Positions 1 to 8,574 are shown, counted from the first letter of the stretch. The stretch is 32,000 bases of DNA from Caldimicrobium thiodismutans (GCF_001548275.1 NZ_AP014945.1:1260001-1292000), one strand, 5' to 3'. The notes: generated by a model from the letters alone, not told the origin. A program made the numbers and translations.

Positions 1-173
1 TGCTTTAAGGTATCCACAAAAAGGGATTTTCCAAATCTCCTTGGGCGAGAGAGAAAATAATAAGTTCCTTCTTCAACAAGCTTTGCAACAAAGGGAGTTT
101 TATCCACATAATAATAGAACTCACTTCTAATCTTTTCAAAGCTTGAAATTCCGATGGGAAGTTTTTTCTCCAT
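1..173 (-). CDS. AAA-ATPase-like / PD-(D/E)XK family protein, N-terminal part (gene continues beyond the left window edge); paralog of 13322..14872
   Basis: Reverse complement from ATG at 173-171 reads MEKKLPIGISSFEKIRSEFYYYVDKTPFVAKLVEEGTYYFLSRPRRFGKSLFVDTLK. This is nearly identical to the N-terminus of the 516-aa ORF at 13322. The 67-aa ORF in the track (5..208) is an out-of-frame shadow of it. Confidence 0.7.
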   Translation of the reverse strand, partial: MEKKLPIGISSFEKIRSEFYYYVDKTPFVAKLVEEGTYYFLSRPRRFGKSLFVDTLK

Positions 174-212
174 AGCTTTATTTTAAGGCCTCTTTTTTCA
201 AAAATCAATGTT
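1..212 (-). repeat. Left arm of a 212-bp inverted repeat (about 95% identical to 13283..13494); probably continues beyond the window
   Basis: Hand alignment of the reverse complement of 1..212 with 13283..13494 gives about 10 mismatches and no gaps. It covers 39 bp of upstream sequence plus the first 173 nt of the paralogous genes. Confidence 0.8.
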
Positions 213-435
213 AGCTCTTTCCTTATGCAACCCCTCTTTAACCAAGGAAGTTTTCATCATTAATGCAGGGGCAGGTTTAAAAGGTCTTCCTCATGCAAGA
301 GTTTAAAATTTTAAACCTCCTACATTTGATGGCAATCAATTTTAAAAAAATTAATTCGCCTTTGGTATGTGCGACTGATGTTTAAAGGTCATAATTTTAT
401 GGTATATTTTCTTAAATCTTGCAAGGGAGGTTCAA

Positions 436-1992
436 ATGAAAAGGGTTCTTATGCTTGGGACAGATGCTGTTGCAAGGGGGGCTATAGAGGCTGGAATTTC
501 TTATGCCACATCTTATCCAGGAACCCCTGCCACCCAGATTCTTGAATACATTGCCAAAAATTCAGATATACTTTGTGAGTGGTCCATAAATGAAAAAGTA
601 GCCTTTGAAGTGGCTTATGGAGTAAGTATCACCGGAAGAAGGGTTCTTTGTTCCATGAAGCATGTAGGCCTTAATGTTGCAGCAGATCCCTTTATGACTG
701 CCTCATATCTTGGTGTAAGGGGAGGTTTTGTCCTTGCAGTAGGCGATGACCCCGGGGCCTATTCCTCTCAAAATGAACAGGATTCTCGCTTTTATGCCTC
801 CTTTGCCAAAATTCCCTGTCTTGAACCCTATGATGGAGAAACAGCCAGGGCTTACACCAAAATAGCCTTTGATATTTCTGAAGAACTGGGTCTTCCTGTG
901 ATGATTAGGTCTCAAACAAGGCTTCTTCACTGCTTTGCTCCTGTTACCCTTGAGGAAGTTAAACCCCAAAAGGAAGTAAATCTCTATAAAGATCCCCAGC
1001 ATCTTATTGCCATTCCAAGACATGTAATCCCCCTTCATAAAGAACTTAATGCCAAACAATCAAAAATCCTTGAAATATTAAAAAAATATAGATTTAACGA
1101 AATAATTTCGAGAGAAGGGAAAATAGGTATTATTGCTTGCGGGCTTGCTTATACCTATGCCCTTGAGCTTGAAGAAAATCTTCCCATTCTTAAAATTACA
1201 GCCTATCCTGTGGAAGATACTCTTATCAAAGAATTTGTGAAAGATCTTGATGAGGTTATTGTGGTTGAAGAGGGTTATCCTTTAATTGAAAAACAAGTAA
1301 GATGTTATCATCCCAAGGTTAGGGGAAAATTAACAGGAGATCTTCCCTTTGAAGGAGAGCTTGGGCCTGATCCCCTTTTGAGACTATTTGGTAAATCTCC
1401 CTCTACACATCCTGAAGAAGTTCCTCCCAGACCTCCAACCCTCTGTCCAGGATGTCCTCACAGAGAATTTTACAAGGCCCTTCTTTCTGCAGGGCCAACC
1501 TTTGTGACTGGTGATATTGGCTGTTACACCCTCGGGTGTCTCCCTCCTTTTTCAGCTCTTGATACCTGTCTTTGTATGGGAGCAAGTATAAGTAAAGCCA
1601 TAGGAATAGCCAGGCAAGGTGTGAAAAGGGTTGCTGCAGTAATTGGAGATTCCACTTTCTGGCACACAGGTATTCCCGCCCTTATTGATGCTGTATATAA
1701 TAAAGCAGATATTCTTGTTTGCATCTTAGATAATTCTGTTGTTGCTATGACCGGGCATCAACCAACCCCTCACCTTGGAATTACTGCTAAAGGAGAGGAA
1801 ACGAAAAAGTTGAGTCTTGTTGAGATCTGCAGGGCCTGTGGAGTTGATTCTGTGGTGGAAATTGACCCTTTAAAACAAGAAGAACTTGTCTCTGCTTTAA
1901 AAAGAGGCCTTGAAACCCCAGGTGTCCATGTGGTAATCTCAAAAAGGCCCTGTGTCCTTATCGCAGGAAAATTAAAGGAAAAAAAATCATAA
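436..1992 (+). CDS. iorA: Indolepyruvate:ferredoxin oxidoreductase alpha subunit (TPP-binding), short form without a ferredoxin domain
   Basis: N-terminus MLGTDAVARGAIEAGISYATSYPGTPATQILEYIA, CPGCPHREFY and the TPP motif GDSTFWHTG...ILDNS are typical of IorA. GGAGG lies 6 nt upstream of the ATG. No CxxCxxCxxxCP motif is present in the 518 aa. Confidence 0.85.
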   Translation: MKRVLMLGTDAVARGAIEAGISYATSYPGTPATQILEYIAKNSDILCEWSINEKVAFEVAYGVSITGRRVLCSMKHVGLNVAADPFMTASYLGVRGGFVLAVGDDPGAYSSQNEQDSRFYASFAKIPCLEPYDGETARAYTKIAFDISEELGLPVMIRSQTRLLHCFAPVTLEEVKPQKEVNLYKDPQHLIAIPRHVIPLHKELNAKQSKILEILKKYRFNEIISREGKIGIIACGLAYTYALELEENLPILKITAYPVEDTLIKEFVKDLDEVIVVEEGYPLIEKQVRCYHPKVRGKLTGDLPFEGELGPDPLLRLFGKSPSTHPEEVPPRPPTLCPGCPHREFYKALLSAGPTFVTGDIGCYTLGCLPPFSALDTCLCMGASISKAIGIARQGVKRVAAVIGDSTFWHTGIPALIDAVYNKADILVCILDNSVVAMTGHQPTPHLGITAKGEETKKLSLVEICRACGVDSVVEIDPLKQEELVSALKRGLETPGVHVVISKRPCVLIAGKLKEKKS

Positions 1993-1996
1993 AGAG

Positions 1997-2557
1997 TTAA
2001 AAATCAGAGGTAAGCCCCAGACTTTCCCAGATATTTAGTAAGGATTTTTGAGGCTCCTTTGGAATTTTTAACCAAATAAAAGTCCCAGGCCAAAGGATAA
2101 AGGGTCTTTTATGAAAATCAATGACACTTCTATTTTCATTCCATATTTTGAACCACATAAAGTTATTTGAAATTATTATGCCTTCAGCATCGAAGTTATT
2201 CTCAATCCATAATTTAATTGAGGTTAACCCTTCTCCAGCATTATTTTCTGGGTTTCTTGTAGCACCAATCTCAAAGGCTTTTTTAAAAGCCGACATATCA
2301 TCTAAAAATTTATACCTAGGATTTTCTTTGAGTGATTTTTCAATTCCAATTCCTAAATCTGCAATTACTATCTCTAAAAAATTAAGGTTTTCATATTTTT
2401 GAGCATGAATAAATAATCCTTCTTTTGATTTAGCATGATGAAATACATTTTCCATTAACTCAGAAAAAGTATATGATAAATCTTTTAATGTATTATCACT
2501 TACAAACTTTTGAAAAATCATTAAAAACTTTTTGGTTATAGGCCAAACATCTTCCAC
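1997..2557 (-). CDS. Small GHKL (Bergerat-fold) ATP-binding protein, RsbW/SpoIIAB-like; probably the C-terminal 186 aa of a frameshifted gene whose N-terminal part is the overlapping ORF 2496..2687
   Basis: The motifs occur in order: N-box ELMENVFHHA, G1 IADLGIGI, G2 NAGEGLTS. The ORF opens at a GTG just after in-frame TAA and TAG stops. The adjacent frame (MQNFLKF...DLELSEVNFITPIIVV) reads into it. Confidence 0.6.
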   Translation of the reverse strand: MEDVWPITKKFLMIFQKFVSDNTLKDLSYTFSELMENVFHHAKSKEGLFIHAQKYENLNFLEIVIADLGIGIEKSLKENPRYKFLDDMSAFKKAFEIGATRNPENNAGEGLTSIKLWIENNFDAEGIIISNNFMWFKIWNENRSVIDFHKRPFILWPGTFIWLKIPKEPQKSLLNIWESLGLTSDF

Positions 2558-2634
2558 ACACTACAATTATTGGTGTAATAAAATTTACTTCAGAAAGCTC
2601 AAGGTCCTGAGAATGAAATCCCTGTTTAACTAAA

Positions 2635-2985
2635 TCATGTAGAAAATGGAAAGATTGATTTCCTTTGAATTTGAGAAAATTTTGCATTTATATCCTCTAT
2701 TATTTTTTGCCTCCGTGATAATTCAAGTGTTCTTAATTTAATACTCTTTTTAAGTAAAGCTTCAAGCAATGGATCCATATTAATAAATTTTAAATTTAAA
2801 AGCCCTTCTTTACCCAATTTTTCTAATAAAACTTTAACAAGTTCATCTACAAAGGAATTGCTGATTGCTAAAAAACCTTCAAAATCTAAAGTATCTCCTG
2901 GTTTTATATTCTTTGCAATTGCTCTCCCAAGAGCTCTTCCTGTCAAACCAAGTTCTTCAGATAGTTCTTTAATTTTTAAAATCAT
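2635..2985 (-). CDS. STAS-like protein of the DUF4325 type (assignment from memory of the family, unverified)
   Basis: 116 aa with LTGRALGRAI...GDTLDFEGFLAISNSFVDELV, resembling DUF4325/STAS-like partners of small GHKL ATPases. It lies directly upstream of the GHKL gene on the same strand. Confidence 0.45.
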   Translation of the reverse strand: MILKIKELSEELGLTGRALGRAIAKNIKPGDTLDFEGFLAISNSFVDELVKVLLEKLGKEGLLNLKFINMDPLLEALLKKSIKLRTLELSRRQKIIEDINAKFSQIQRKSIFPFST

Positions 2986-3117
2986 TTTTTTTCTAATTTT
3001 TTATTTAATCTTTCAATTTCCTTCAGCAAGGAACTGAGGCTACAAAATGCCGAAAATTATTCCCATCCATAGAAGTTGAAGTTTCCTGCTTTAATGCAAC
3101 CTCCCCGTTTCTTAAGT

Positions 3118-3411
3118 TCATTTTTCTGGGTTATTGGTATTTTCTTCCTGCCTTTGTTCGGTAGTGGCCAAAAGATTATGATATTCTTTAAGGACTGCTT
3201 CTTTAAGTTTATTTAAATCCTCATCTGTTAGATCACATATGGTCTCATTTAGTATTAATATTTCTTGCTTTTTGCTGAGTGGGCTTTCATAGATAGTACC
3301 AAAAATTTTCCTGTCATTCTCAAGAATGACTGTAAAGGGAATAAAAGTAATCTCGATAGCAAATTTATTCTTGTTTTCTACTGTGATCTTTTTTAACTTC
3401 ATGGAAAGCAC
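3118..3411 (-). CDS. Hypothetical 97-aa protein with an acidic/polar C-terminal tail
   Basis: Clean ORF on the same strand as its neighbours. No family recognised. AT-rich like the two genes downstream. Confidence 0.4.
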   Translation of the reverse strand: MLSMKLKKITVENKNKFAIEITFIPFTVILENDRKIFGTIYESPLSKKQEILILNETICDLTDEDLNKLKEAVLKEYHNLLATTEQRQEENTNNPEK

Positions 3412-3468
3412 CTCTTTTTAATAGAAAGCGCCTCAAAAATACTTTTTAAAAAATTATACTAATTTTTT

Positions 3469-3900
3469 TTAAAGATTTTCAACAGCTTTGCTGTCAAAAA
3501 GTTTTACCCCTTTTTCCTGAAGAAGATCAATGGTTTTTTCAAGATTATTTGTTCTTAAAACCACAAGGGCCTCTTCCCCGCTTTTTTCTACAAATGCATA
3601 GACATATTCCACATTAATATCATTCTCATAAAGGATCTTCAGAACCTCTGCAAGACCTCCGGGCTCATCTTTTACTCCCACAGCAATCACATGGGTAATC
3701 TTGGTGGTAAAACCTGCCTCTTCAAGAGCTTTTTTTGCTAAATCTGGTTTATCCACTATCATCCTTAAAATACCGAAATCTGAAGTATCTGCAATGGAAA
3801 GAGCCCTGATATTAACTCCGCCCTTAGCTAAGGCACTTAAGGCCTCATAGAGCCTTCCCTTTTTGTTTTCCAGAAAAACTGATATCTGTTTAATTTTCAT
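3469..3900 (-). CDS. ACT domain-containing protein (tandem ACT)
   Basis: ISVFLENKKGRLYEALSALAKGGVNIRALSIADT... and a second repeat VKDEPGGLAEVLKILYENDINVEYVYAF fit a two-ACT architecture. It sits immediately downstream of paaK, a common pairing. Confidence 0.8.
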   Translation of the reverse strand: MKIKQISVFLENKKGRLYEALSALAKGGVNIRALSIADTSDFGILRMIVDKPDLAKKALEEAGFTTKITHVIAVGVKDEPGGLAEVLKILYENDINVEYVYAFVEKSGEEALVVLRTNNLEKTIDLLQEKGVKLFDSKAVENL

Positions 3901-3959
3901 CTTTACCTCCCTCTTTGGCCTTTTTTAAATCCATACCACGACTTATTAAAAATTCAATT

Positions 3960-5261
3960 CTAAAGCCCCCTCTTATCTATCACGCGTTTAGCCTTGCCTT
4001 CACTTCTTGGAATACTCTTAGGTTCAACAAGGGTCACCTTAACCCTTATACCCACTGTCTCTTCAATTCTTTTTTCAAGCTTCTTTTTTAAGACCTCAAG
4101 TTCTCTCACTTCATCAGAGAAAGCTTCCTTTGACATCTCAACCTGCACCTCAATCTCATCCAGATGTTGAGGCCTTGTTAGAATAATCTGATAATGGGGC
4201 TCAACCCCCTGGACCTCTAAAATTGCCTTTTCAATCTGATAAGGAAAAAGCATAACCCCTCTCACTTTAATCATATCATCGCTTCTGCCTCGGATCCTTT
4301 CAATCCTGATAGCTGTTCTTCCACAGGGGCACTCTCCTGAAATAAAGGCTGTTATGTCCCGTGTTCTGAATCTGATCATGGGAACACCCTCTTTGGTAAG
4401 GGTAGTTAAGACAAGCTCTCCCCTTTCTCCTTCTGGCAAGGGCTCTCCTGTTTCAGGGTCTATAATTTCAGGATAAAAATGATCTTCCCAGATGTGAAGT
4501 CCCTTTTGCTCTGAACACTCGTGTGCAACACCTGGACCAATGATTTCTGTGAGCCCGTAAACATTATAGGCCTTTATGCCAAATCTTTTTTCAATCTCCC
4601 TTCGCATCTCTTCTGTCCACATTTCAGCTCCAAAACTTCCAGCTTTCAATTTTAGGCTTGAGGGATCAATGCCCATTTCATCTTTAGCATACTCAGCCAG
4701 ATAAAGGGCATAAGAGGGAGTGCAACAAATAACAGTGCTTCCAAAATCCCTCATAAGTTCAATCTGTCTTCTTGTGTTTCCAGCAGAGGCTGGCACTATG
4801 GTGGCACCAATGGCTAAAGCCCCATAATGAAAGCCCAGACCCCCTGTAAAAAGGCCATATCCATAAGCAATCTGGATAATATCTTCTCTTGTAACCCCCA
4901 TCGTGGTAATAGACCTTGCCATAACCTCTTTCCATACCTCAATATCATTTTTCGTGTATCCCATAACTACAGGCTTCCCCGTTGTTCCACTTGAAGAGTG
5001 AATCTCAACAATTTCTGAAAGGGGCACTGCAAACATTCCAAAGGGATAGACTTCCCTGAGATCAGCCTTACTTGTAAAGGGAATATATTTAATATCCTCA
5101 AGGCTTCTTATGTCCTCTGGTTTAATTCCAGAGGTATCAAATCTTTTCCGATAAAAGGGCACCTTTTCATAGGCATATTTAACAATCCTTTTCAGTCGCT
5201 CAAGTTGAAGACTTCTTAATTTTTCCCGTGGCATAGTCTCAAGATCTTTATTCCAGTACAT
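3960..5261 (-). CDS. paaK: Phenylacetate-CoA ligase family (aryl-acetate-CoA ligase)
   Basis: The 433-aa product has [12 protein letters not shown] (AMP-binding P-loop), YGLTE, and the typical PaaK N-terminus ([24 protein letters not shown]) and C-terminus ([14 protein letters not shown]). Confidence 0.85.
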   Translation of the reverse strand: MYWNKDLETMPREKLRSLQLERLKRIVKYAYEKVPFYRKRFDTSGIKPEDIRSLEDIKYIPFTSKADLREVYPFGMFAVPLSEIVEIHSSSGTTGKPVVMGYTKNDIEVWKEVMARSITTMGVTREDIIQIAYGYGLFTGGLGFHYGALAIGATIVPASAGNTRRQIELMRDFGSTVICCTPSYALYLAEYAKDEMGIDPSSLKLKAGSFGAEMWTEEMRREIEKRFGIKAYNVYGLTEIIGPGVAHECSEQKGLHIWEDHFYPEIIDPETGEPLPEGERGELVLTTLTKEGVPMIRFRTRDITAFISGECPCGRTAIRIERIRGRSDDMIKVRGVMLFPYQIEKAILEVQGVEPHYQIILTRPQHLDEIEVQVEMSKEAFSDEVRELEVLKKKLEKRIEETVGIRVKVTLVEPKSIPRSEGKAKRVIDKRGL

Positions 5262-5282
5262 GACTTACCCCCTTCTTAAATG

Positions 5283-5717
5283 TTATTCATTTATAAAATC
5301 AGAAGGTTTTAGAAAATTTACCTTTTCCTCTTTTAGGGTTTCCCAGGCAGAATCAAGATTATCTGCCTCAAAGACAAAATAGGCCCTTTTTCTGGTTTCA
5401 GCAACATAGACAAGGGCACTCTCAATATTAATTCCTTTAGAACTTATGAGTTTAACCATCTCGTATAAACCACCTGGTCTATCCTCAAGCTCAAGCCCAA
5501 GACATGGCACCTTGGCAACTGTAAACCCCCTTTCTTTAAATTTCTGAAAGGCAAGCTCAGGCTTATCCACCAAAAACTTAATAATACCAAAATCCTTAAC
5601 ACTCACAATGGAAAATCCAAGAATATTAATGCCCTCTCTTGCAAGGACTTCGGTAATTTTTTCAAGTTTTCCGGGTTTATTCTCTGCAAAGATGCTTAAA
5701 ACTGGGATTGCCTCCAC
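5283..5717 (-). CDS. ACT domain-containing protein (tandem ACT), paralog of 3469..3900
   Basis: LSIFAENKPGKLEKITEVLAREGINILGFSI... and LEDRPGGLYEMVKLISSKGINIESALVY show the same architecture as the other ACT gene. Confidence 0.8.
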   Translation of the reverse strand: MEAIPVLSIFAENKPGKLEKITEVLAREGINILGFSIVSVKDFGIIKFLVDKPELAFQKFKERGFTVAKVPCLGLELEDRPGGLYEMVKLISSKGINIESALVYVAETRKRAYFVFEADNLDSAWETLKEEKVNFLKPSDFINE

Positions 5718-5733
5718 TTGAAATCACCCCCCT

Positions 5734-7050
5734 CTAAAGAGTTCTGTTATCAATCACTCTTTTCGCTTTGCCCTCACTCACAGGTAAAGTTCCTGGCTCA
5801 ACAAGTTCCACTTTAGGACGCACTTGAATAGCCTGCCGCAATTTTTCAGCAATTTCCTCTTTCAACTTAAGAAGTCTTTCAATTCTTCCATCAAAGAAAT
5901 CCCTATCAATCTCAACCTTAACCGTCATCTCATCATAACCCTCAAGGAGAATCTGATAATTCTGAGCCACCCCTTTAATACTCATAAGAACTGCCTCAAT
6001 TTGCTGGGGAAAGATGTTTACTCCTCTTACAATAAACATATCATCAGCCCTTCCAAGGATGCGTGCGATTCTCACATGAGTTCTTCCACAGGAACAGGGT
6101 TCTGGAATAAAATGCGTAAGATCCCTTGTGCGATATCTGATAAGAGGCATAGCTTCTCTATTAAGACTTGTAAGCACAAGTTCTCCCACCTCACCTGGTT
6201 TTACAGGCTCTCCTGTTTGGGGATTAACTATCTCAACCAGAAAGGCATCCTCCCAGAGGTGAAGCCCCTTTTTTTCAGGGCACTCAAAACCAACTCCCGG
6301 GCCTCCCATCTCAGAAAGGCCATAACAGTTATACACATCCACTCCAAGCATCTCCTCAATCTTTTGTCTGGTTTCATCTGTATAAGGCTCTGCCCCAAGA
6401 TAAGCCCGTTTTAACTTTAAGTCCTTTCCGGGTTTTAAGCCCTTTTCATGAATAACTGAAGCCACATAAAGGGCATAAGAAGGGGTCATGTGAATACAGG
6501 TGGTTCCAAAGGTTTGCATAAGCTCAATCTGTCTTTCAGTATTTCCAGGACCAGCTGGTATTACAAGCATCCCGAGAAGCTCAGCCCCGTAGTGCATAAC
6601 AAGGGCCCCTGTAAAAAGCCCATAGGTCATGGAATTCTGAAGTATATCTCTGAAAGTAGCCCCACTCATATAGAGGGAGCGGGCAATAAGATGTGCCTGT
6701 GCAAAAATATCCCTCTTGCTAAAAAAGAGGGCCTTCGGTTTCCCTGTGGTCCCGCTTGAGGTGTGAAGCCTTACCACCTTTTCAAGAGGCTCAGCAAGAA
6801 GTCCAAAGGGATAATCCACAAAAAGATCCTCCTTGGTGGTAAAGGGAAAGTGCCTGATGTCTTCAAGAGTTTTTAAATTAGAGGGCTTAATCTTGGCCTT
6901 CTTACATTTCTCTCTGTAATGGGGAACCTTTTTATAAACTTTATTGAGAATTTTTCTAAGTTTTCCTAATTGTAAAATCCTCAGGTCTTCTCTAGGTGCA
7001 ACTTCAATGGGATTGTAATAACTCCTTTCCAAGGCGAACTCCCTCCTCAA
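5734..7050 (-). CDS. Phenylacetate-CoA ligase family, second paralog
   Basis: The 438-aa product has [19 protein letters not shown] and [13 protein letters not shown], and is collinear with the 433-aa paralog. The annotated start overlaps the iorB 3' end by 47 nt, so the true start may be the internal TTG near 7032. Confidence 0.85.
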   Translation of the reverse strand: MRREFALERSYYNPIEVAPREDLRILQLGKLRKILNKVYKKVPHYREKCKKAKIKPSNLKTLEDIRHFPFTTKEDLFVDYPFGLLAEPLEKVVRLHTSSGTTGKPKALFFSKRDIFAQAHLIARSLYMSGATFRDILQNSMTYGLFTGALVMHYGAELLGMLVIPAGPGNTERQIELMQTFGTTCIHMTPSYALYVASVIHEKGLKPGKDLKLKRAYLGAEPYTDETRQKIEEMLGVDVYNCYGLSEMGGPGVGFECPEKKGLHLWEDAFLVEIVNPQTGEPVKPGEVGELVLTSLNREAMPLIRYRTRDLTHFIPEPCSCGRTHVRIARILGRADDMFIVRGVNIFPQQIEAVLMSIKGVAQNYQILLEGYDEMTVKVEIDRDFFDGRIERLLKLKEEIAEKLRQAIQVRPKVELVEPGTLPVSEGKAKRVIDNRTL

Positions 7051-7600
7051 AGGCTTTGAGATTCAGTTCCAGAAATTTCCCTGGGACAGCCTCTTTTATA
7101 ACCTCTTTCCAGATAGCCTCTTTAAAAGGGAGAAAGAGGGATAAAACACCAAGAAGAATGGTATTTTCTACTTTGGAACTGCCCAGATTTTTAGCCACCT
7201 CTTCTGCATCAATTTCAATGACCCGAAACCCTTTATTTTTAATCCTCTCAGGAATATCTTGAGGATACTGAGAAGGATCAAATCCTGCAGGAGGAATCTG
7301 CTTGCGGTTCAAAATAATGGTGGCTTTTTCCTTAAGATAATGAAGATATCTCAGGGCCTCAAGCTCTTCAAGGGCAAGCATAAGCTCAGCAGAACCAGCT
7401 GGTATAGTAGGTGAATATACCCTTTTTCCAAAGCGAATCTGACCAATAACTGAGCCTCCCCTTTGTGCCATTCCGTGAATTTCACTTTCCTTAACATCAA
7501 AATCACTTTTTAGGGCACAAAGAGCAATCATCCGGCTGGCAAGAATAATCCCTTGACCTCCTGTTCCTGAAAGCAAAATATTGTTCGTCTCCTTTGCCAT
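7004..7600 (-). CDS. iorB: Indolepyruvate:ferredoxin oxidoreductase beta subunit (POR-gamma-like family)
   Basis: ILLSGTGGQGIILASRMIA...EIHGMAQRGGSV is the hallmark of IorB and 2-oxoacid:ferredoxin oxidoreductase gamma subunits. At 198 aa it heads the paaK-ACT operon. Confidence 0.85.
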   Translation of the reverse strand: MAKETNNILLSGTGGQGIILASRMIALCALKSDFDVKESEIHGMAQRGGSVIGQIRFGKRVYSPTIPAGSAELMLALEELEALRYLHYLKEKATIILNRKQIPPAGFDPSQYPQDIPERIKNKGFRVIEIDAEEVAKNLGSSKVENTILLGVLSLFLPFKEAIWKEVIKEAVPGKFLELNLKAFEEGVRLGKELLQSH

Positions 7601-7749
7601 AAGAGCCCCCCTGTCTGAAAATTCAAAAAAAGATTAACACATATTTTGCATAATCACAAGTGAATATGTAAAAATAACACCATTATAGCCTTTGCAAGAA
7701 GAGAGCAGGGGATTATAATCAGGAGAAATATCAACCTTTGGAGGTAATA

Positions 7750-8574
7750 ATGATCAAAAAAATAGGTATTATTGGCGGGGGCCAGATGGCAGAAGCTCTG
7801 ATCAAAGGATTTCTTGAAAGAGACCTCTTTTCTCCAAAAGAAATTCTTATTTCAGAACCTGTAGGGGAAAGAAGACAATATCTGGGAGAATATTACTACA
7901 TCCAAACAACTCAAAATAATTCTGAACTGGTAAACAAATGCAATCTTATCCTTCTTGCTGTAAAGCCTCAGGTTATGGGGAAAGTGCTTGAAGAAATAAG
8001 GGATAACATTAATCCCGAAAAGCACTTAATTCTTACCATTGCAGCAGGGCTTCCTCTGAGTTTTTATGAAAAAAGGCTCCCTCAGAAAACCAAAATAGTA
8101 AGAATCATGCCTAACACCTGCGCCCTTATTCATAAAAGCATAAGTGCCATTGCCAAGGGCCCCTATGTTTCAGAAGAGGAGCTCTCCTTGGTGGAAAAGC
8201 TTTTTTCAGCCATAGGTGAAGTTATAAGGGTTGAAGAGACCTATATGGATGCGGTTACAGCCCTTTCAGGATCAGGGCCTGCCTATGTGGCCCTTTTTCT
8301 CGAAGCCCTAACTGACGCAGGAGTTAGATGTGGACTTCCAAGGGCTGTAGCAGAAAAACTTGCCTTTTCAACCCTTGAAGGAACCTTAGAGATGATAAAA
8401 AAGACTGGGAAGGATCCCTATCAGATTAAAGCCATGGTAACCTCCCCTGGTGGAACAACCATTTCTGCCCTTGAGGTCTTCTATAAAGAGGGTTTTTCAG
8501 GTATAGTTATTTCCGCTATAAGAAGTGCCTTTGAAAGAAGTAAAGAGCTAAGTAAGGAATTTGAAAATAAGTGA
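7750..8574 (+). CDS. proC: Pyrroline-5-carboxylate reductase
   Basis: MIKKIGIIGGGQMAEALIKG (Rossmann fold), AVKPQ and TSPGGTTISAL match ProC. GGAGG lies 6 nt before the ATG at 7750, so the TTG at 7738 in the track is probably not the start. Confidence 0.9.
   Translation: MIKKIGIIGGGQMAEALIKGFLERDLFSPKEILISEPVGERRQYLGEYYYIQTTQNNSELVNKCNLILLAVKPQVMGKVLEEIRDNINPEKHLILTIAAGLPLSFYEKRLPQKTKIVRIMPNTCALIHKSISAIAKGPYVSEEELSLVEKLFSAIGEVIRVEETYMDAVTALSGSGPAYVALFLEALTDAGVRCGLPRAVAEKLAFSTLEGTLEMIKKTGKDPYQIKAMVTSPGGTTISALEVFYKEGFSGIVISAIRSAFERSKELSKEFENK

Noticed and set aside
5-208. The 67-aa ORF, and its near-identical twin at 13287..13490, look like a conserved small protein.
   Set aside because: Both are out-of-frame shadows of the N-termini of the AAA-ATPase-like/PD-(D/E)XK paralogs. 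Their conservation is explained by the 212-bp nucleotide repeat. The frame with family-typical sequence (MQKKLPIGI.SFEKIR...) is the real one.
209-435. I considered whether the region upstream of iorA holds a degenerate fourth full copy of the repeat element.
   Set aside because: Only short matches to the left end are present (TTGCATAAG on the reverse strand of 222-230 and a weaker CTCTTGCATGAG). The shared core and the right end are absent, which is too little to call an element.
5824-6414. A 196-aa ORF lies antisense to the second paaK. Similar antisense ORFs are at 703..1059, 1403..1724, 6490..6759 and 6996..7262.
   Set aside because: They lie entirely inside well-supported genes on the opposite strand. 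Their composition is low complexity (Ser/Leu/Lys/Phe rich) with no recognisable motifs, which is typical of antisense shadows.
7601-7749. I inspected the divergent iorB/proC intergenic region for a riboswitch, T-box or small RNA.
   Set aside because: The region is AT-rich, and I could identify no conserved riboswitch core or convincing stem-loops by eye. It probably holds just two divergent promoters.
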